Part shown: positions 37,318-51,524 of the stretch, piece after piece
Numbering within the stretch: position 1 is the stretch's first letter
Layout of the letters: each line of letters begins with the position of its first letter
Assembly (NCBI GenBank): GCA_002269645.1
Contig: NIVC01000512.1
Span: forward strand, 14,472 to 78,471
DNA length: 64,000 nt
Direction of reading: 5' to 3'
Source: Macrostomum lignano
Lineage: Eukaryota
The notes under the pieces: model-generated
Seen by the model: the letters and a program-made list of their open reading frames with translations, nothing else
Databases searched by the model: none
What the model was told of the DNA's origin: nothing
Position numbers and translations under genes: made by a program

Positions 37318-40300
37318 ATGTTTTCATTTTTGCATAAAAATGATTCTAAGGAAGCAGATACATTTACTACTGTAGCCAATGGTCTGAAAAGGATTTATAA
37401 GACAAAGCTATTGCCATTGGAAGAGGTTTACAAATTTCATGACTTTCATTCGCCAGCTCTGGAAGATGCTGATTTTCATAGGTAAGTTATTTTCATTAAA
37501 AACTACCATAGTACTTTTATTGGTCAAAGCACTTTTAATTCTAATTGATTTGAGTAGTTGTAACTAGGACACAATCAATTATTTTGATTGCAAATATCAC
37601 CTTTGTAATAGTTTGGCTCAAAAAATACTTGCTTATTTAGTTATTTATCTAGTTGCTTGTGTTTTAGATAGATATATAAATTTTACAAAAATGCTAAGAA
37701 CAAGTAGCTATGGGCTTTAAGATTATTGACCAAATTTTGGTGTCAAATTGGTATATAGGTAGATGAATTTTAGGGAAAGTATAGCAGTTCAAATGTTATA
37801 GGGGTTCCAGGATCTTAGAAGAGTGCCAGGATCACTAGATAGGGTTCCAGGATCACTAGATAGGTTTCTAGGGCAGTCGTTCAAGGTCACTAGAAGATAA
37901 GAAATATATTTGCGACAAGGCCATAGCCCAAAAAATCCACCCATCACTTGGAACTTTTTCATCCACCCAGCAAGCCCATAATCCTGCTAGTGGGCCAGTA
38001 CTCCACTGGCAAGACTACATTCATTCGCTACCTGCTGGAGAGCGACTTTCCCGGCATTCACATTGGCCCTGAGCCAACTACCGACAAATTCATTGCTGTC
38101 ATGCACGACGAAACTGAAGGTGTTGTGCCGGGTGAGTCAGACAGATAGAGGAGATAGTACTTTCCAATCGATAACAAAGCATCCGACTTATTTTATCTGC
38201 AAACTTTTGTTTCCAAGGCAACGCATTGGTGGTGGACCCGCAGCATCCCTTCCGTCCACTGAGCCGGTTTGGCAACGCCTTTCTGAACCGGTTCCAGTGC
38301 TCAACTGTGCGCAACGAAGTGCTCAAGTCCATCACTATCGTTGACACGCCCGGCATCCTGTCTGGTGAGTCTTCCATGGTCAACTTTGATCGCGTCTTTA
38401 GGGACATCTTTTCCAAAAAATCTTGCTTCCACTGAACATCTGGCTAACTTTGAGTGCAGTGCTCATCTGTCTCCTGCTGCTTTTCACCCGTTTGCGTCTC
38501 TCCGTCTCCCGCTTTACCCTCCATCTACCGCTTTACCCTCCGTCTCCCGCTTTACCCTCCATCTATTGCTTTACCCTCCATCTACCGCTTTACCCTCCAT
38601 CTACCGCTTTACCCTCTGTCTCTCGCTTTACCCTCCATCTACCGCTTTACCCTCCGTCTACCCTCCTTTCCCGCTGTTTTCCTACCCAGCCAGTTCTCAT
38701 TTAGCCTGACCCGTTCCGTTTCACCCCTGAGCATCATCATCGCCACATCCTAGCCTCCTCCCGCCTTCCCCAGGCGAGAAGCAGCGCGTGGACCGCGGCT
38801 ACTCCATGAACGAAGTGATCGAATGGTTCTCGGCCAGAGTGGACCGGATCGTCCTGCTGTTCGACGCGCACAAGCTGGACATCTCTGACGAATTCAAGGC
38901 GGTCATCGAGAGCATGAAAGGCTATGAAGACAAAATTCGTATAGTGCTCAACAAGTCCGATATGGTGGACTCGCAGCAGCTCATGCGGGTGTACGGGGCG
39001 CTCATGTGGAGTCTGGGTGAGTCGGCAGCCATTTATCAAGTTTTAAGGGTTGTGGAATTTCGGGTTGTGGAGTCACAGGGTTGTGGAATTTCGGGTTGTG
39101 GAGTCTCATGGTTGTGGAGTCCCAGGGTTGTGGAGTCTCAGGGTTTTGGAGACTCAGGGTTTTGGAGTCTCGGGGTTGTGGAGTCTCAGGATTGTGGAGT
39201 CTCAGGGTTGTGGAGTCTCCGGGTTGTGGAGTCTCATGGTTGTGGAGTCTCATGGTTGTGGAGTCTCCGGGTTGTGGAGTCTCAGGATTGTGGAGTCTCA
39301 GGGTTGTGGAGTCTCAGGGTTGTGGAGTCTCAGGTTTTTGGGGTCTCAGGGTTTTGGGGTCTCAGGGTTTTGGAGTCTCAGGGTTTTGGAGTCTCAGGTT
39401 TGTGGAGTCTCATAGTTGTGAAGTCTCCGGGTTGTGGAGTCTCGGGGTTGTGAAATCTCCTGGTTCTGGAGTCTCAGGGTTTTGGAGTCTCGGGGTTGTG
39501 GAGTCTCATGGTTGTGGAGTCTCCGGGTTGTGGAGTCTCAGGATTGTGGAGTCTCAGGATTGTGGAGTCTCAGGGTTGTGGAGTCTCAGGGTTGTGGAGT
39601 CTCAGGATTGTGGAGTCTCAGGGTTGTGGAGTCTCCGGGTTGTGGAGTCTCAGGATTGTGGAGTCTCAGGGTTGTGGAGTCTCAGGATTGTGGAGTCTCA
39701 GGGTTGTGGAGTCTCAGGATTGTGGAGTCTCAGGGTTGTGGAGTCTCCGGGTTGTGAAGTCTCAGGATTGTGGAGTCTCAGGGTTGTGGAGTCTCCGGGT
39801 TGTGAAGTCTCAGGATTGTGGAGTCTCAGGGTTGTGGAGTCTCGGGGTTGTGAAATCTCCTGGTTCTGGAGTCTCAGGGTTTTGGAGTCTCGGGGTTGTG
39901 GAGTCTCATGGTTGTGGAGTCTCCGGGTTGTGGAGTCTCAGGATTGTGGAGTCTCAGGATTGTGGAGTCTCAGGGTTGTGGAGTCTCCGGGTTGTGGAGT
40001 CTCAGGATTGTGGAGTCTCAGGGTTGTGGAGTCTCAGGATTGTGGAGTCTCAGGGTTGTGGAGTCTCAGGATTGTGGAGTCTCAGGGTTGTGAAGTCTCC
40101 GGGTTGTGAAGTCTCAGGATTGTGGAGTCTCAGGGTTGTGGAGTCTCCGGGTTGTGGAGTTTCGGGGCTGTGGAGTCTCCGGGTTGAGAAGTTCGGCAAA
40201 GGCTGGAGTTCCGGTACCGGTATAGACATTTAATCTGCACTTAAATATTCAATTGCATTCGAGTAGACTAAATTTGCGACAGCCGTGGACATGGACAGTG

Positions 40301-43300
40301 CGCGATTGATACGAGCGTAAATGACAAAAATAGACTTATATATAGTACTTATACTTATTTGCTTATATATATTTATATACATACTTACTATCCATAGCTG
40401 CATACTATATATGCAGTCAAGGCTGTGCAGCCTGATAAAATATTTACAGGAAACGGGTCCCGGGCCGGAACTCAGGCTTTCTACTCGGGATTGTGAGTTT
40501 TCGTGATTGTGAAGTTTCAGGATTGTGAGTTTTCGTGATTGTGAACTTTCAGGATTGTGATTTTTCGTGATTGTGAAGTTTCAGGATTGTGAGTTTTCGT
40601 GATTGTGAACTTTCAGGATTGTGAGTTTTCGTGATTGTGAACTTTCAGGATTGTGAGTTTTCGTGATTGTGAACTTTCAGGATTGTGAGTTTTCGTGATT
40701 GTGAACTTTCAGGATTGTGAGTTTTCGTGATTGTGAAGTCTCAGGATTGTGAGTTTTCGTGATTGTGAAGTCTCAGGATTGTGATTTTTCGTGATTGTGA
40801 AGCTTCGGGATTGTGAATCTTTGAGATTGTGAAGTTTCAAGATTGTGACACTTGAGGATTGTGAATTTTCGTGATTGTGAATCTTTGGGATAGTGGAATT
40901 AGAGATTGTGAAGTTTGAGGCTAAGTTTTGTGATCGTGAATCTTAGGGACTGTAAATCTTTGTGATTGTGAAGTTTGGGATTGTGAATTTTTGTGATTGT
41001 GAATTTTCAGATTGTGAAGTTTGGGGTTGTGAATATTCGGGATTGTGAAGCTTCAGGATGTGAAGTTTCGGGATTGTGAATTCTCGTGGTTGTGAAGCTT
41101 CAGGATTGTGAATTTTCGGGACTGTGAAGCTTCGGGATTGTTAAATTTCGGAATTGTGAAATTTCGGGATAGTAAAATTTCATGACTTTTAAGTTTCGGT
41201 TTGTAATTAATTCAATTTTTCACATAGCCCGGAAATGTCCCAAAATGCCCAGCTGTTTTATGTACTTTTCCCCAACCACCACAGGCAAGGTGCTGTACAC
41301 CCCGGAGGTGGCCCGAGTGTACATCGGCAGTTTCTGGAACGAGCCACTGAAGTTCGACACCAACAAGCGCCTGTTCGAGCTGGAATCGCAAGACCTGTTC
41401 CGCGACCTGCAGTCGCTGCCCCGCAACGCCACGCTGCGCAAGCTGAACGACCTGATCAAGCGGGCCCGCCTGGCCAAGACCCACGCCTACATCATTGCCG
41501 CCCTGCACAAGCAGATGCCGTCCATGTTTGGCAAGGACAGCAAGAAGAAGCAGCTGATTAAAGATTTGCCACAGGTGTACGCCACGGTTGCTAGGGAGCA
41601 CAATATCAGCCAGGGAGATTTGCCCAATCTGCAGCGGATGCAGCAGGCCTTGGAGGAGGCCGACTTTACTAAATTCCAACCGCTCAGAGAGCGGCTGGTC
41701 GCTACGGTTGACGGCATGCTGAGCGAGGATATTGCCAAGCTGATGCAGATGATTCCGCAGGTGAGAGGGGGCGGATGAGGGCTTCAGGTGCTGAAGAGGG
41801 GGCGGATGAAGCCTTCTTCAGGTGCTGAAGATGGGGCGGATGAGGGCTTCAGGTGCTGAAGAGGGGGCGGATGAAGCCTTCTTCAGGTGCTGAAGAGGGG
41901 GCGGATGAGGGCTTCAGGAGCCGAAGAGGGGGCGAATGAGGCCTTCTTCAGGTGCTGAAGAGAGGGCGATGAGAGCTTCAGGTGCTGAAGAGGGGCGGAT
42001 AAGAGCTTCAGGTGCTGAAGAGGGGGCGGATAATAGCTTCAGGTGCTGAAGAGGGGCGGATAATAGCTTCAGGTGCTGAAGAGGGGCGGATAATAGCTTC
42101 AGGTGCTGAAGAGGGGCGAATAATAGCTTCAGGTGCTGAAGAGTGGGCGGATAAGAGCTTCAGGTGCTGAAGAGGGGCTGATGACTGCTTCAGGTGCTGA
42201 AGAGGGGGCGATGAGAGCTTCAGGTGCTGAAGAGGGGCTGATGACTGCTTCAGGTGCTGAAGAGGGGGCGGATGAGGACTTCAGGTGCTAAATAGAGGCG
42301 GATGAGGGCTTCAGGTGCTGAAGAGGGGGCGGATGAGGACTTCAGGTGCTAAATAGAGGCGGGTGAGGGCTTCAGGTGCTGAAGAGGGGGCGGATGAGGA
42401 CTTCAGGTGCTAAATAGAGGCGGATGAGGGCTTCAGGTGCTGAAGAGGGGGCGATGAGAGCTTCAGGTATTGAAATATGGAGCATGGGAGAACAGTATCC
42501 TAAGTTTTCAGACGGCAGGTAAGCCTGACGGAGGATTGGTGGGAGGGTGTGAAAGCTGGCAATATAGAATTTCTTCAATCTAATTTGAATACTGTGAATT
42601 TGCATTCCTATCCTATGCGGCAAACAGCGACATCTCAAATGACAAATTCAAAGCAAAAATAAGGGCAGAATTTCAAGGTTTTATTCTGAGCTGTGTGGGT
42701 CTAGCAGTTAAAGTAAGGTATGCTATGCTGCTATCATGGACCTTTATCTCAGTGCGCACTGCAAACTGTTGCTGGGCAAAGTGCTACACTTTTCATATCA
42801 TACATACTGTGCAATTTGAATATCTACTATCATCAATAGGCTGTTTGTAAAAGCTTTCTTGTACATCATGTAGGTAATACATGTTTTTTTTAATTTGACG
42901 AACGTTTCCACTGAAAATGCTGCGCTTACTTCGGTGCACACTTAATTGTACCATAATGCGCTTGTTTCAGGGGGTAACCATAGTTGCTCTTTTTCTGCGC
43001 AATAGATTTCCGTTTCTGTGCCAATTGAAATATGTTATATCTTCGCAGATTTGTGATTTGCTTCAAATTTTGTCTTTAAATGACCCAGTAAAATTTTTTT
43101 TAAATTATTTTTTAAAATAGTTGTAAAATGCTATCGACAGTAGTTTGGTCAGTAGTATCATCACAACCAAATGTATATTTTATAAATGATCAAAATTTAG
43201 GAGTCGACCAATCAGAGCAAGGACTGGGGCGTCATCGCCGGCGGCGCCTTCGTCCAGGCCACGGCCGACAACCCTTTCGCCTTCAGTGACAACCCCGGCC

Positions 43301-43611
43301 TGTCGGACGGCAAGTTCGAGCACGAATGGGTTGTTAATAAATTCCGCGCCGAGTTCGATGCCCAGTTTTACAGCCTCGGCCCGGTGGACGGCCGGCTGAC
43401 CGGAGCGCAGGCCAAGGACGAGATGACCCGGTCCAAGCTGCCGTTCCAGCAGCTGGGCAAGATCTGGAAGCTGGCCGATTATGACCAGGACGGCATGCTG
43501 AACATTGAGGAGTTCGCGCTGGCCAAGTATCTCATCCAGCTGCGGCTGGACGGCCACGAGCTGCCCGGCACCCTGCCTGAACACCTGGTGCCCCCAGGCA
43601 GCCGGCACTGA
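37318..43611 (+). CDS. EHD1: EH domain-containing dynamin-like ATPase (EHD1/RME-1/Past1 family), 6 exons
   Basis: Exons 37318-37481 (KLLPLEEVYKFHDFHSPALEDADF), 37971-38131 (P-loop GQYSTGKT, GPEPTTD), 38218-38364 (IVDTPGILSG), 38774-39016 (LFDAHKLDISDEF, VLNKSD), 41285-41760 (PEVARVYIGSFW, KLNDLIKRARLAK), 43201-43611 (NPF linker and EH domain LADYDQDGMLNIEEFALA). All junctions are GT-AG and in phase. Confidence 0.96.
38498..38665. repeat. 19-bp minisatellite in EHD intron 3
   Basis: Unit CTTTACCCTCCATCTACCG. Confidence 0.85.
39048..40190. repeat. 16-bp minisatellite in EHD intron 4 (GC-rich part)
   Basis: Unit GGTTGTGGAGTCTCAG and variants, about 70 copies. Confidence 0.95.
40198..40480. mobile_element. 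Possible MITE interrupting the 16-bp array in EHD intron 4
   Basis: Imperfect TIRs AAAGGCTGGAGTTCCGG / CCGGAACTCAGGCTTT around an AT-rich core; no clear TSD. Confidence 0.4.
40486..41170. repeat. 16/32-bp minisatellite in EHD intron 4 (AT-richer, degenerating part)
   Basis: Dimeric unit GATTGTGAGTTTTCGT-GATTGTGAACTTTCAG, decaying to the right. Confidence 0.9.
41758..42470. repeat. About 30-bp minisatellite starting at the EHD exon 5 donor
   Basis: Unit CTTCAGGTGCTGAAGAGGGGGCGGATGAGGG. Confidence 0.93.
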
Positions 43612-45419
43612 TCGACCAATATGTGTCGAAAAAATAACTTCTCAATTTGTATTTTAATCTGTTGTAGTTTTTTATTTATCGAAAATCAGTGACGCCGAAC
43701 TTTACAGAATTTGGTTATTAGTTTAGTAGTTGGTTTTTGTTATTGCCGATATGTTGCGAATTAAATAATCTAGATTGGAAAATTTAAATTTGATCATTAA
43801 TTTAGTTTATATTTGTTATTGCCGATATGTTGCGAAGTTAATAATCTAGATTGGAAAATTTGAATTTGACCAATAATTTAGTTTATATTTGTTATCGGCG
43901 ATATGTTGCGAAATTAATCATCTAGATCGGAAAATTTGCCTTGTCGATTTTGCGCGTACAATCAGGTGTCGCATCTCTGATTGTTGATTTTAAATATTTA
44001 AAAAATATTGTTTATCCTTGTAGAGTGGCGTGCTGCCTTTGAAAATATATTCCTGCTTACTTCATGTTTTTCTTCCGTGTCCTTTTTATACTACTTATCT
44101 GGTCAGTAGCCAGTCAGTATTTGTTTTAGTTTTGATTATCGAATTTCTGCAATAGTAATAAGGTTAAAATTCAATCGGTTGTATTGCAATATTTCATTTT
44201 TATTTCTTAGTAACCAGATTTTTTATCAAGCAGAAACTGCCAGTCACTTTTGTTTATTGATATTTTTATTAATAAGTTTTTCCGTGGCTGTTTTCTCTCC
44301 ACAACATGTGCCATACATTAGCTGCTCATTCCTAGTATTATTGTCAAAAGATCTGCGAATTTGAAATGTGCTATCTATAAAAATACACGAGCAGAGAGTG
44401 TGTGCTGTAGCCTAACCCTGCCGCTATATAAATGGCTGCAAAATAAACTACTGTTGATAGGTACTTGTGTTCTAACTAAAGCTTTTATTTAATCAGAGTG
44501 TCCGCGTTTAGTACACCAGAAAAAAGCTAACCACAGTTCTTGAAAACAGGCCTGTTTCATGGCTTTTATAAGTAAAACTATAAAGCTAAAGCTGGTCCTT
44601 GAAGTTCGTATGCAATGTACATTATATAATCTACAGTCAGCCTAATCTTTCCTACAGACAAAACGTTCCCCTGTGTAGTGACTAGAAACTATTAAGTTAG
44701 TAGCACAGTACTTGCATAGAACTTTTATTGATTATTTTTCTTAGTGCATTTTCCTTATACATGTATTAGTACTATTAGTAGAGTGCCAAAAACATTTCAG
44801 TATAACTATGTTAGGTGCTTTACGACTACGAAATCAACATTCAAAACTACAAAAAATGCATTTATGAGACAATGTGCAATGAGACAATTTATGCTTTTGT
44901 CTAGACAATGATGATAATGAAGGATGCTCAAATCAATGTTTCAGACTCATTTAAAAATGAGGAACCTGCAGTAATCCAGGACAAAGTTTAGAGCAGACAT
45001 CATGTAGTCCGCTAATAATATCCAGGATACGACGGCTGATTTTTTAAATCCTTAATACGAACCCCTTTAATCCTGCCGCATGCAAGTTTTTATAGGAGTA
45101 GGAGTAGAGTAGAGTCTGGAACTCTACTCCTAGTAGGCACTTGGGGCATGATGACCTATTTAGCTGTATATTTCACTCTGTTGTGAGTGCAAGTGTCAAC
45201 TGGCTTAGAGTTTTCCTGTCAATTAAAACTGACATCGCTCTGTTGCTGAGTGAAATTCGATTTTTTACCTGGCAGGGTCGATGCTTTGGATTGATTTCAC
45301 ACTAAGAAAATTATCGGCTGGCGTGTGTGGGGACAACTTCCCAAGCAAAGCCCTGACTGCTTAGGTCTGTAATGAACTAAACGGGCTGCATTGCATCTGT
45401 CAAATGACCTTCCTCGTCA

Positions 45420-45962
45420 TTTTTCTCAATTCACTGATTCTCAATTCACCGATTCTCAACTCACTGATTCTCAATTCACCGATTCTCAACTCACCGATTC
45501 TCAACTCACCGATTCTAAATTCACCGATTCTCAATTCACCGATTCTCAACTCACTGATTCTCAACTCACTGATTCTCAATTCACCGATTCTCAACTCACT
45601 GATTCTCAATTCACCGATTCTCAACTCACCGATTCTCAACTCACCGATTCGCAATTCACTGATTCTCAACTCACCGATTCTCAACTCACCGATTCTCAAC
45701 TCACCGATTCTCAACTCACCGATTCTCAACTCACCGATTCTCAACTCACCGATTCTCAACTCACCGATTCTCAACTCACCGATTCTCAATTCACCGATTC
45801 TCAACTCACCGATTCTCAATTCACAGATTCTCAACTCATCGATTCTCAATTCACCGATTCTCAACTCACCGATTCTCAATTCACCGATTCTCAATTCACC
45901 GATTCGCAATTCACCGATTCGCAATTCACCTATTCTCAACTCACTGATTCTCAATTCACCGA
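45420..45962. repeat. 15-bp minisatellite
   Basis: Unit GATTCTCAA(C/T)TCAC(C/T). Confidence 0.95.
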
Positions 45963-46419
45963 CTTTGACATCATCACTCAAACATTAAATCACCACAAGT
46001 TTACCAATTAATTTTTATTTTATTTCAAAGGGCGCACGGAACACTTTGAACCTTAATTCGGCTTTCCAAAACCATAAAAATGCTTTCAGTCGCAAAAAAC
46101 CCTTACTACACTACTCGTAAATCTGCACAATTGCCGGCGCACTTTTGTCGCACCAATTTTGGCTTGATAGCTAATTAGATGAGGCTCGGGTGAAATCCCG
46201 TGCAGCTTCCTGTTGGCTGACTGTGTCGCTTGTGCATGTATATTAGTAATAATATTATTATTATTTCACTACAGCCGCCCCGGGAGCCGCTAATTGACAA
46301 TTTCTCGGCTCGCTTAATTCGATTCGGCCAGCAAGTGGGAAGGAGGTGGGCAAGTCGGCAGCCATCACTGGGCTTTGAGGCTGGCCGACATTTTGTGATA
46401 GGGAAACTTGATGCAGTTG

Positions 46420-46845
46420 ACCCAAGCCCTATGGCTCTTGACCCAGCAGCCTGACCCAAGCCATATGGCTCTTGACTCAGCCTGACCCAAGCCCTATGGC
46501 TCTTGACCCAGCAGCCTGACCCAAGCCATATGGCCCTTGACCCAGCAGCTTGACCCTAGTCAAATGGCTCTTGACCTATGGCAGCAGCCTGACCCAAGTC
46601 ATATGGCTCTTGACCCAGCAGCTTGACCCTAGTCATATGGCTCCTGACCCAGCAGCTTGACCCTAGTCATATGGCTCTTGACCCAGCAGCTTGACCCAAG
46701 CCATACGGTCAATTCATATGGCTCTTGACCCAGCAGCTTGACCCTAGTCATATGGCTCTTGACCCAGCAGCTTGACCCTAGTCATATGGCTCTTGACCAG
46801 AAGCCTGACCCAAGCCATACGGCTCTTGACGCAGCAGCCTGACAA
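46420..46845. repeat. About 34-bp minisatellite
   Basis: Unit GACCCAAGCCATATGGCTCTTGACCCAGCAGCCT with an internal sub-repeat. Confidence 0.88.
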
Positions 46846-47559
46846 TAAAAAATGATTGATAATTATTTATAACTTCTACAGAGGTTCAGAAATATTTGCA
46901 GTTTAAAACAGTGTGAGAATTATTTGAAACTGAGCCAGTGCAACTCCCATTCAAGCGCATGCTGACCAGAGCAACTTGGCGCATTCGGAATGAATAAAAA
47001 GCTTTGGGCAAAAAAACAAAACAACTTTCTGGACTCTCAGCAGCTTCTATTCCTCATCGAGGCTGGGCGGGCCTGAATCCGTTTCGTGGGAAAATTAATT
47101 GCAAAAAAGGGAGGCCGGGGGGGGGAACTGACGCGGCCAGATTTCGAGGGTCGACGAGCAGCGCAGCTGCGACGGCGAGGGCGAGGGCGAGAGAGCGCCG
47201 AGGACCTGGGGGAGAGACAGAAAAGGATTATTTCATCTTTTGCCCCTTCCGCTCCGCCTGTCCCATCCTCGCTGTCGCACGCTACTGAGGGTGTGATGCG
47301 GGGCTTGCAGCCTCCTGCAGACCGATTTCCTGTGTGCCGCGGGTCAGGAAAAACGATGATGAGTCTGCGTGAGATGTCGGGCTTTAAGGCCGCTTCCTGT
47401 GTCTGAGCTGCCTACCCTACCGATAGGTCGCCAGCTTACTCCTCCAACTCGGATGCGAGTCGATGCGACTTCGGTCACGGCCACGCGCTGAGTGCACTTC
47501 TGCTGCTGCTGCCTTTTGGCTCTGGGCTGCTGGGCTGCTTACGCTGTCCCCAAAGACAG

Positions 47560-48312
47560 CGCAGCATCAGAGACGGCACAACCTCAAAGACTGTCCTCAA
47601 ACCTCAGAGACAGCACAACCTCAAAGACAGCACAGCCTCAAAGACAGCACAACCTCAAAGACAGCACAACCTCAAAGACAGCACAGCCTCAAAGACAGCA
47701 CAAACCCAAAGACAGCACAACCTCAAAGACAGCAAAGCCTCAAAGACAGCACAACCATAAAGACAGCACAACCTCAAAGACAGCACAACCATAAAGACAG
47801 CACAACCATAAAGACAGCACAACCATAAAGACAGCACAACCTCAAAGACAGCACAACCATAAAGACAGCACAACCTCAAAGACAGCACAACCATAAAGAC
47901 AGCACAACCATAAAGACAGCACAACCATAAAGACAGCACAACCATAAAGACAGCACAACCATAAAGACAGCACAACCATAAAGACAGCACAACCATAAAG
48001 ACAGCACAACCATAAAGACAGCACAACCATAAAGACAGCACAACCATAAAGACAGCACAACCTCAAAGACAGCACAACCTCAAAGGCAGCACAACCTCAA
48101 AGACAGCAGAACCATAAAGACAGCAAAGCCTCAAAGACAGCACAACCATAAAGACAGCACAACCTCAAAGACAGCACAACCATAAAGACAGCACAACCAT
48201 AAAGACAGCACAACCTCAAAGACAGCACAACCATAAAGACAGCACAACCATAAAGACAGTACAACCTCAAAGACAGCACAACCTCAAAGACAGCACAACC
48301 TCAAAGACAGCA
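47560..48312. repeat. 17-bp minisatellite
   Basis: Unit AAAGACAGCACAACC(AT/TC). Confidence 0.95.
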
Positions 48313-48874
48313 CCCTCAGCCAGCATATCCTCAAAGACAGAAAAATAAAATAAGTAGGAAGCATTTGAGTACAGTCGGTGAAGACTTTCAACTTCATGTC
48401 AAAGCCTGACTACTCATTCTCGGGCTCAATACTTCACTGACTTTTTTGTTGAGAAATTTCTTCTTCTTCAAGCTAGTCAAGCAAAAGACGGATCTTGTCT
48501 GCTTCTTCTACAGGTCTAGTGCTGCAGCTTTTTTAACCTGTTGCAATTGTGGTAGCTAAGACCCTGAGCTGTACTCAGAGCCGGGCTCATGCATGGGTCG
48601 ATGTTTACCTCTCCCTTAAGGCAGATGGCAAGGCGCTGTTTAATAATTGATGGCGCTACCGGTGCACCTTGACTGCTAAATGCGGTGGAAGCAGCTGGGT
48701 GGCTAAAATTCTTAGAAGACTTCTTACTGAGAATTGATTATCCAACTTGACTGCCTGTGGCTCCTGTGCAACGATACACGCCATACCTGGCATGGTTGGT
48801 AATGGCGAACTTCAGCTCTTCATTTTTGTGGTAGAAACCTATATTTATTGTGAGCTGCCATGAGCTTCTTTGAG

Positions 48875-48891
48875 CTGCTATGCTCACAGTT

Positions 48892-48926
<35 letters not shown>

Positions 48927-49155
48927 GCTCACAGCTCATTGAGTGTGTGTGTGTGTGTGCTATGCTCACAGCTCATTCAGTGTGTGTTGACTGTGCTCAC
49001 AGCTCATTGAGTTTGTGTGTGCTATGCTCACAGCTCATTCAGTGTGTGTGTTGACTGTGCTCACAGCTCATTGAGTGTGTGTGTGTGCTATGCTCACAGC
49101 TCATTCAGTGTGTGTTGACTGTGCTCACAGCTCATTGAGTGTGTGTGTGCTATGC
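48875..49155. repeat. Compound (TG)n-containing tandem repeat
   Basis: GCTCACAGCTCATT units separated by variable (TG)n. Confidence 0.85.
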
Positions 49156-50109
49156 CCAAAGCCCAGTATCCACCCTCATATCGCTATCTACTTACACAAA
49201 GTTTAAAAGTGCATTTCAGACGAATAAAATGTGCCAGAAACTTTAAGTTTGTCTATTTGAGTAGTACTCATTGAGTATACAGTTGACTTCACATCCAAGT
49301 ATTCTAGCAGTGTTCTGAATAGGAAACTCAGATATCTTGTGAGTTGGAGTTTTTCTGGAACAAAAAGCAGAGCGAAGTCAGACTAGCAGTCATGCATGTA
49401 GGCAGATAAGGATGCTGAGGTGAGAGCCCGACGCCCGCCATCATCTCTTATTAATAACCCGGCTATCAGTTTTTTTTCTTCAATCCTATTTTTCTGCAGC
49501 GAATGCAAGTGAATGAGGAAGGGAAGTTTCTGTGGTTCGGGTCTGCCTCCCTTTCAATCTCATTCATCTCTTTCTTATCTGAGACTGCTCAACTGCGCCA
49601 GCAAGAAGAGAGAGAGGATGGAGAATCGCAGGCAGTCTTAGCCGCACTCCAAAGTATATCTTTTGCATTTATAATTATATATTTCGCTCAGCTTGCAGCC
49701 TCCTCCACTCTCTCTACCTCACTGCAATCCAGCGCTCTCCATAGTCTTTTATGGCGTTGTTTCAGAAACGAATTTCTCCTAAAGGCCGAGTCTGCCCTTG
49801 AAACTGCATTCAGACATGCTCAGCTGTCATCCGATACCCCCGCTGACTGACCCTCGGACTTCCTCCGCCCATCTCCAGTTCCTTTCAGATTGCTGGGAGG
49901 CTTCGATTCGATTTGCATCTCTCTCTCTGCTTTTTTATTGCTTAGAGGTCTTCTGAGCGGAATTGTGCAGCAAACGATTGAAATAACGAAGTCAAGAGCT
50001 CCGAGAAGAAGGATCCAGCGGTGGTGGCAACCCCTTTAGTTACTGTCTTAAGGCTTGCATATTATGCCATTAGCAGATTGTGCGGTAGATAGGGAGTCTG
50101 GGATAGGGA

Positions 50110-50645
50110 TCAAAGGGAGAGTCTGATTGGGAAAGTCTCAAAGGGAGAGTCTCATAGGGAGAGTCTGATATGGAGAGTCTCATAGGGAGAGTCTGATATG
50201 GAGAGTCTCATAGACAAGGTCTAATAGACAGAGTCTCATAGGGAGAGTCTGATATGGAGAGTCTCATAGGGAGAGTCTCATAGGGAGAGTCTGATATGGA
50301 GAGTCTCATAGGGAGAGTCTCATAGGGAGAGTCTCATAGGGAGAGTCTGATATGGAGAGTCTCATAGGGAGAGTCTGATATGGAGAGTCTGATATGGAGA
50401 GTCTCATAGACAGAGTCTCATAGACAGAGTCTAATAGACAGAGTCGCATAGGGAGAGTCTCATAGGGAGAGTCTGATATGGAGAGTCTCATAGGTAAAGT
50501 CTCATAGGGAGAGTCTCATAGGGAGAGTCTGATATGGAGAGTCTCATAGGGAGAGTCTGATATGGAAGTCTCATAGGGAGAGTCTGATATGGAGAGTCTC
50601 ATAGGGAGAGTCTGATATGGAGAGTCTCATAGGGAGAGTCTCATA
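50110..50645. repeat. 14-bp minisatellite
   Basis: Alternating GGGAGAGTCTCATA / TGGAGAGTCTGATA. Confidence 0.93.
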
Positions 50646-51524
50646 GGGGCAGACACTGCAACAATGGAGATGAAAATAAACCGCCAAGGACTGAAACAGC
50701 TGCAGCAATTCTGGGGCCTTGAGAAATGTCAGCCTGATTTGGGTCAGTAAATCAGTCAGTTCATTTCAGAGGGGACAACCAGCCTGAGCAGATAAGCCGG
50801 AGCCCCAGCTTGTTAAGCTGATTAGCCTCGGGCAGAGGTGACGGTGTCGGGAGAGAGAGAGACGGAAAGTAGCAAATAAAGAATTAGGAGTCTTAGAAGG
50901 CTTGAGGGCCCATTTCAGCCAACCGCCAATGCGAACTCACTTTTCCCTATCAGTTGGTTGAGGCTGTGCAATTTTCGTCTCGAGCCGACCTTCTCGGCCG
51001 CTCATGAGGAAGAGAGCGAGACAGAGGAGGAGAGAGGGTTTAGCAATTTCAGGCATGACCGGGCCAAAAAATTCTCTCATAGATTCTCCCGCCTCCTCCG
51101 ATGGCTTTTCCGGCTTCTTCGTCTCTTCTTTTCTGCCGCCGCTCCCAGACCCCCACTCAGCCACTGGTTGAATGGGGCTGTTTCCTTTTAATTCATAAGG
51201 CCACCGCTTTTTAGAATTTTTCGAGAGTTTTCTATGTTCGTTGTCGAGAGGAACTACCTTGGAATCGAGAGTGTTTCTTTCGCAACGAATTTTGCTTTCA
51301 CAGCACTTTTTGCTGCTTTGCTTGCTGTTGTTAACTTGACAATACTGAGACTTGAGTCTGAAAGGCATTGCGACTTTGGAATGCCTTGCGTAAATTATAG
51401 CTGTCCATGACTCTTTGTGACTCATTTTAGTTGTCCATGACTCTGTGTGACTCGTTGCAGCTGACTATCACTCTTTGTGACTCATTGCAGCGGTTTCATG
51501 ACTATTTATGGTTAGCGGCTTATG

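Noticed and set aside
39050-40233. LWSLRVVESQGCGVSG repeat ORFs continuing the EHD frame
   Set aside because: They lie after a clear GTGAGT donor at 39017; EHD homology resumes at 41285.
47463-47828. Signal-peptide-like start followed by S/T/Q-rich repeats (mucin-like)
   Set aside because: The repeat unit is 17 bp and contains TAA in one frame, so it cannot encode a stable repeat protein.
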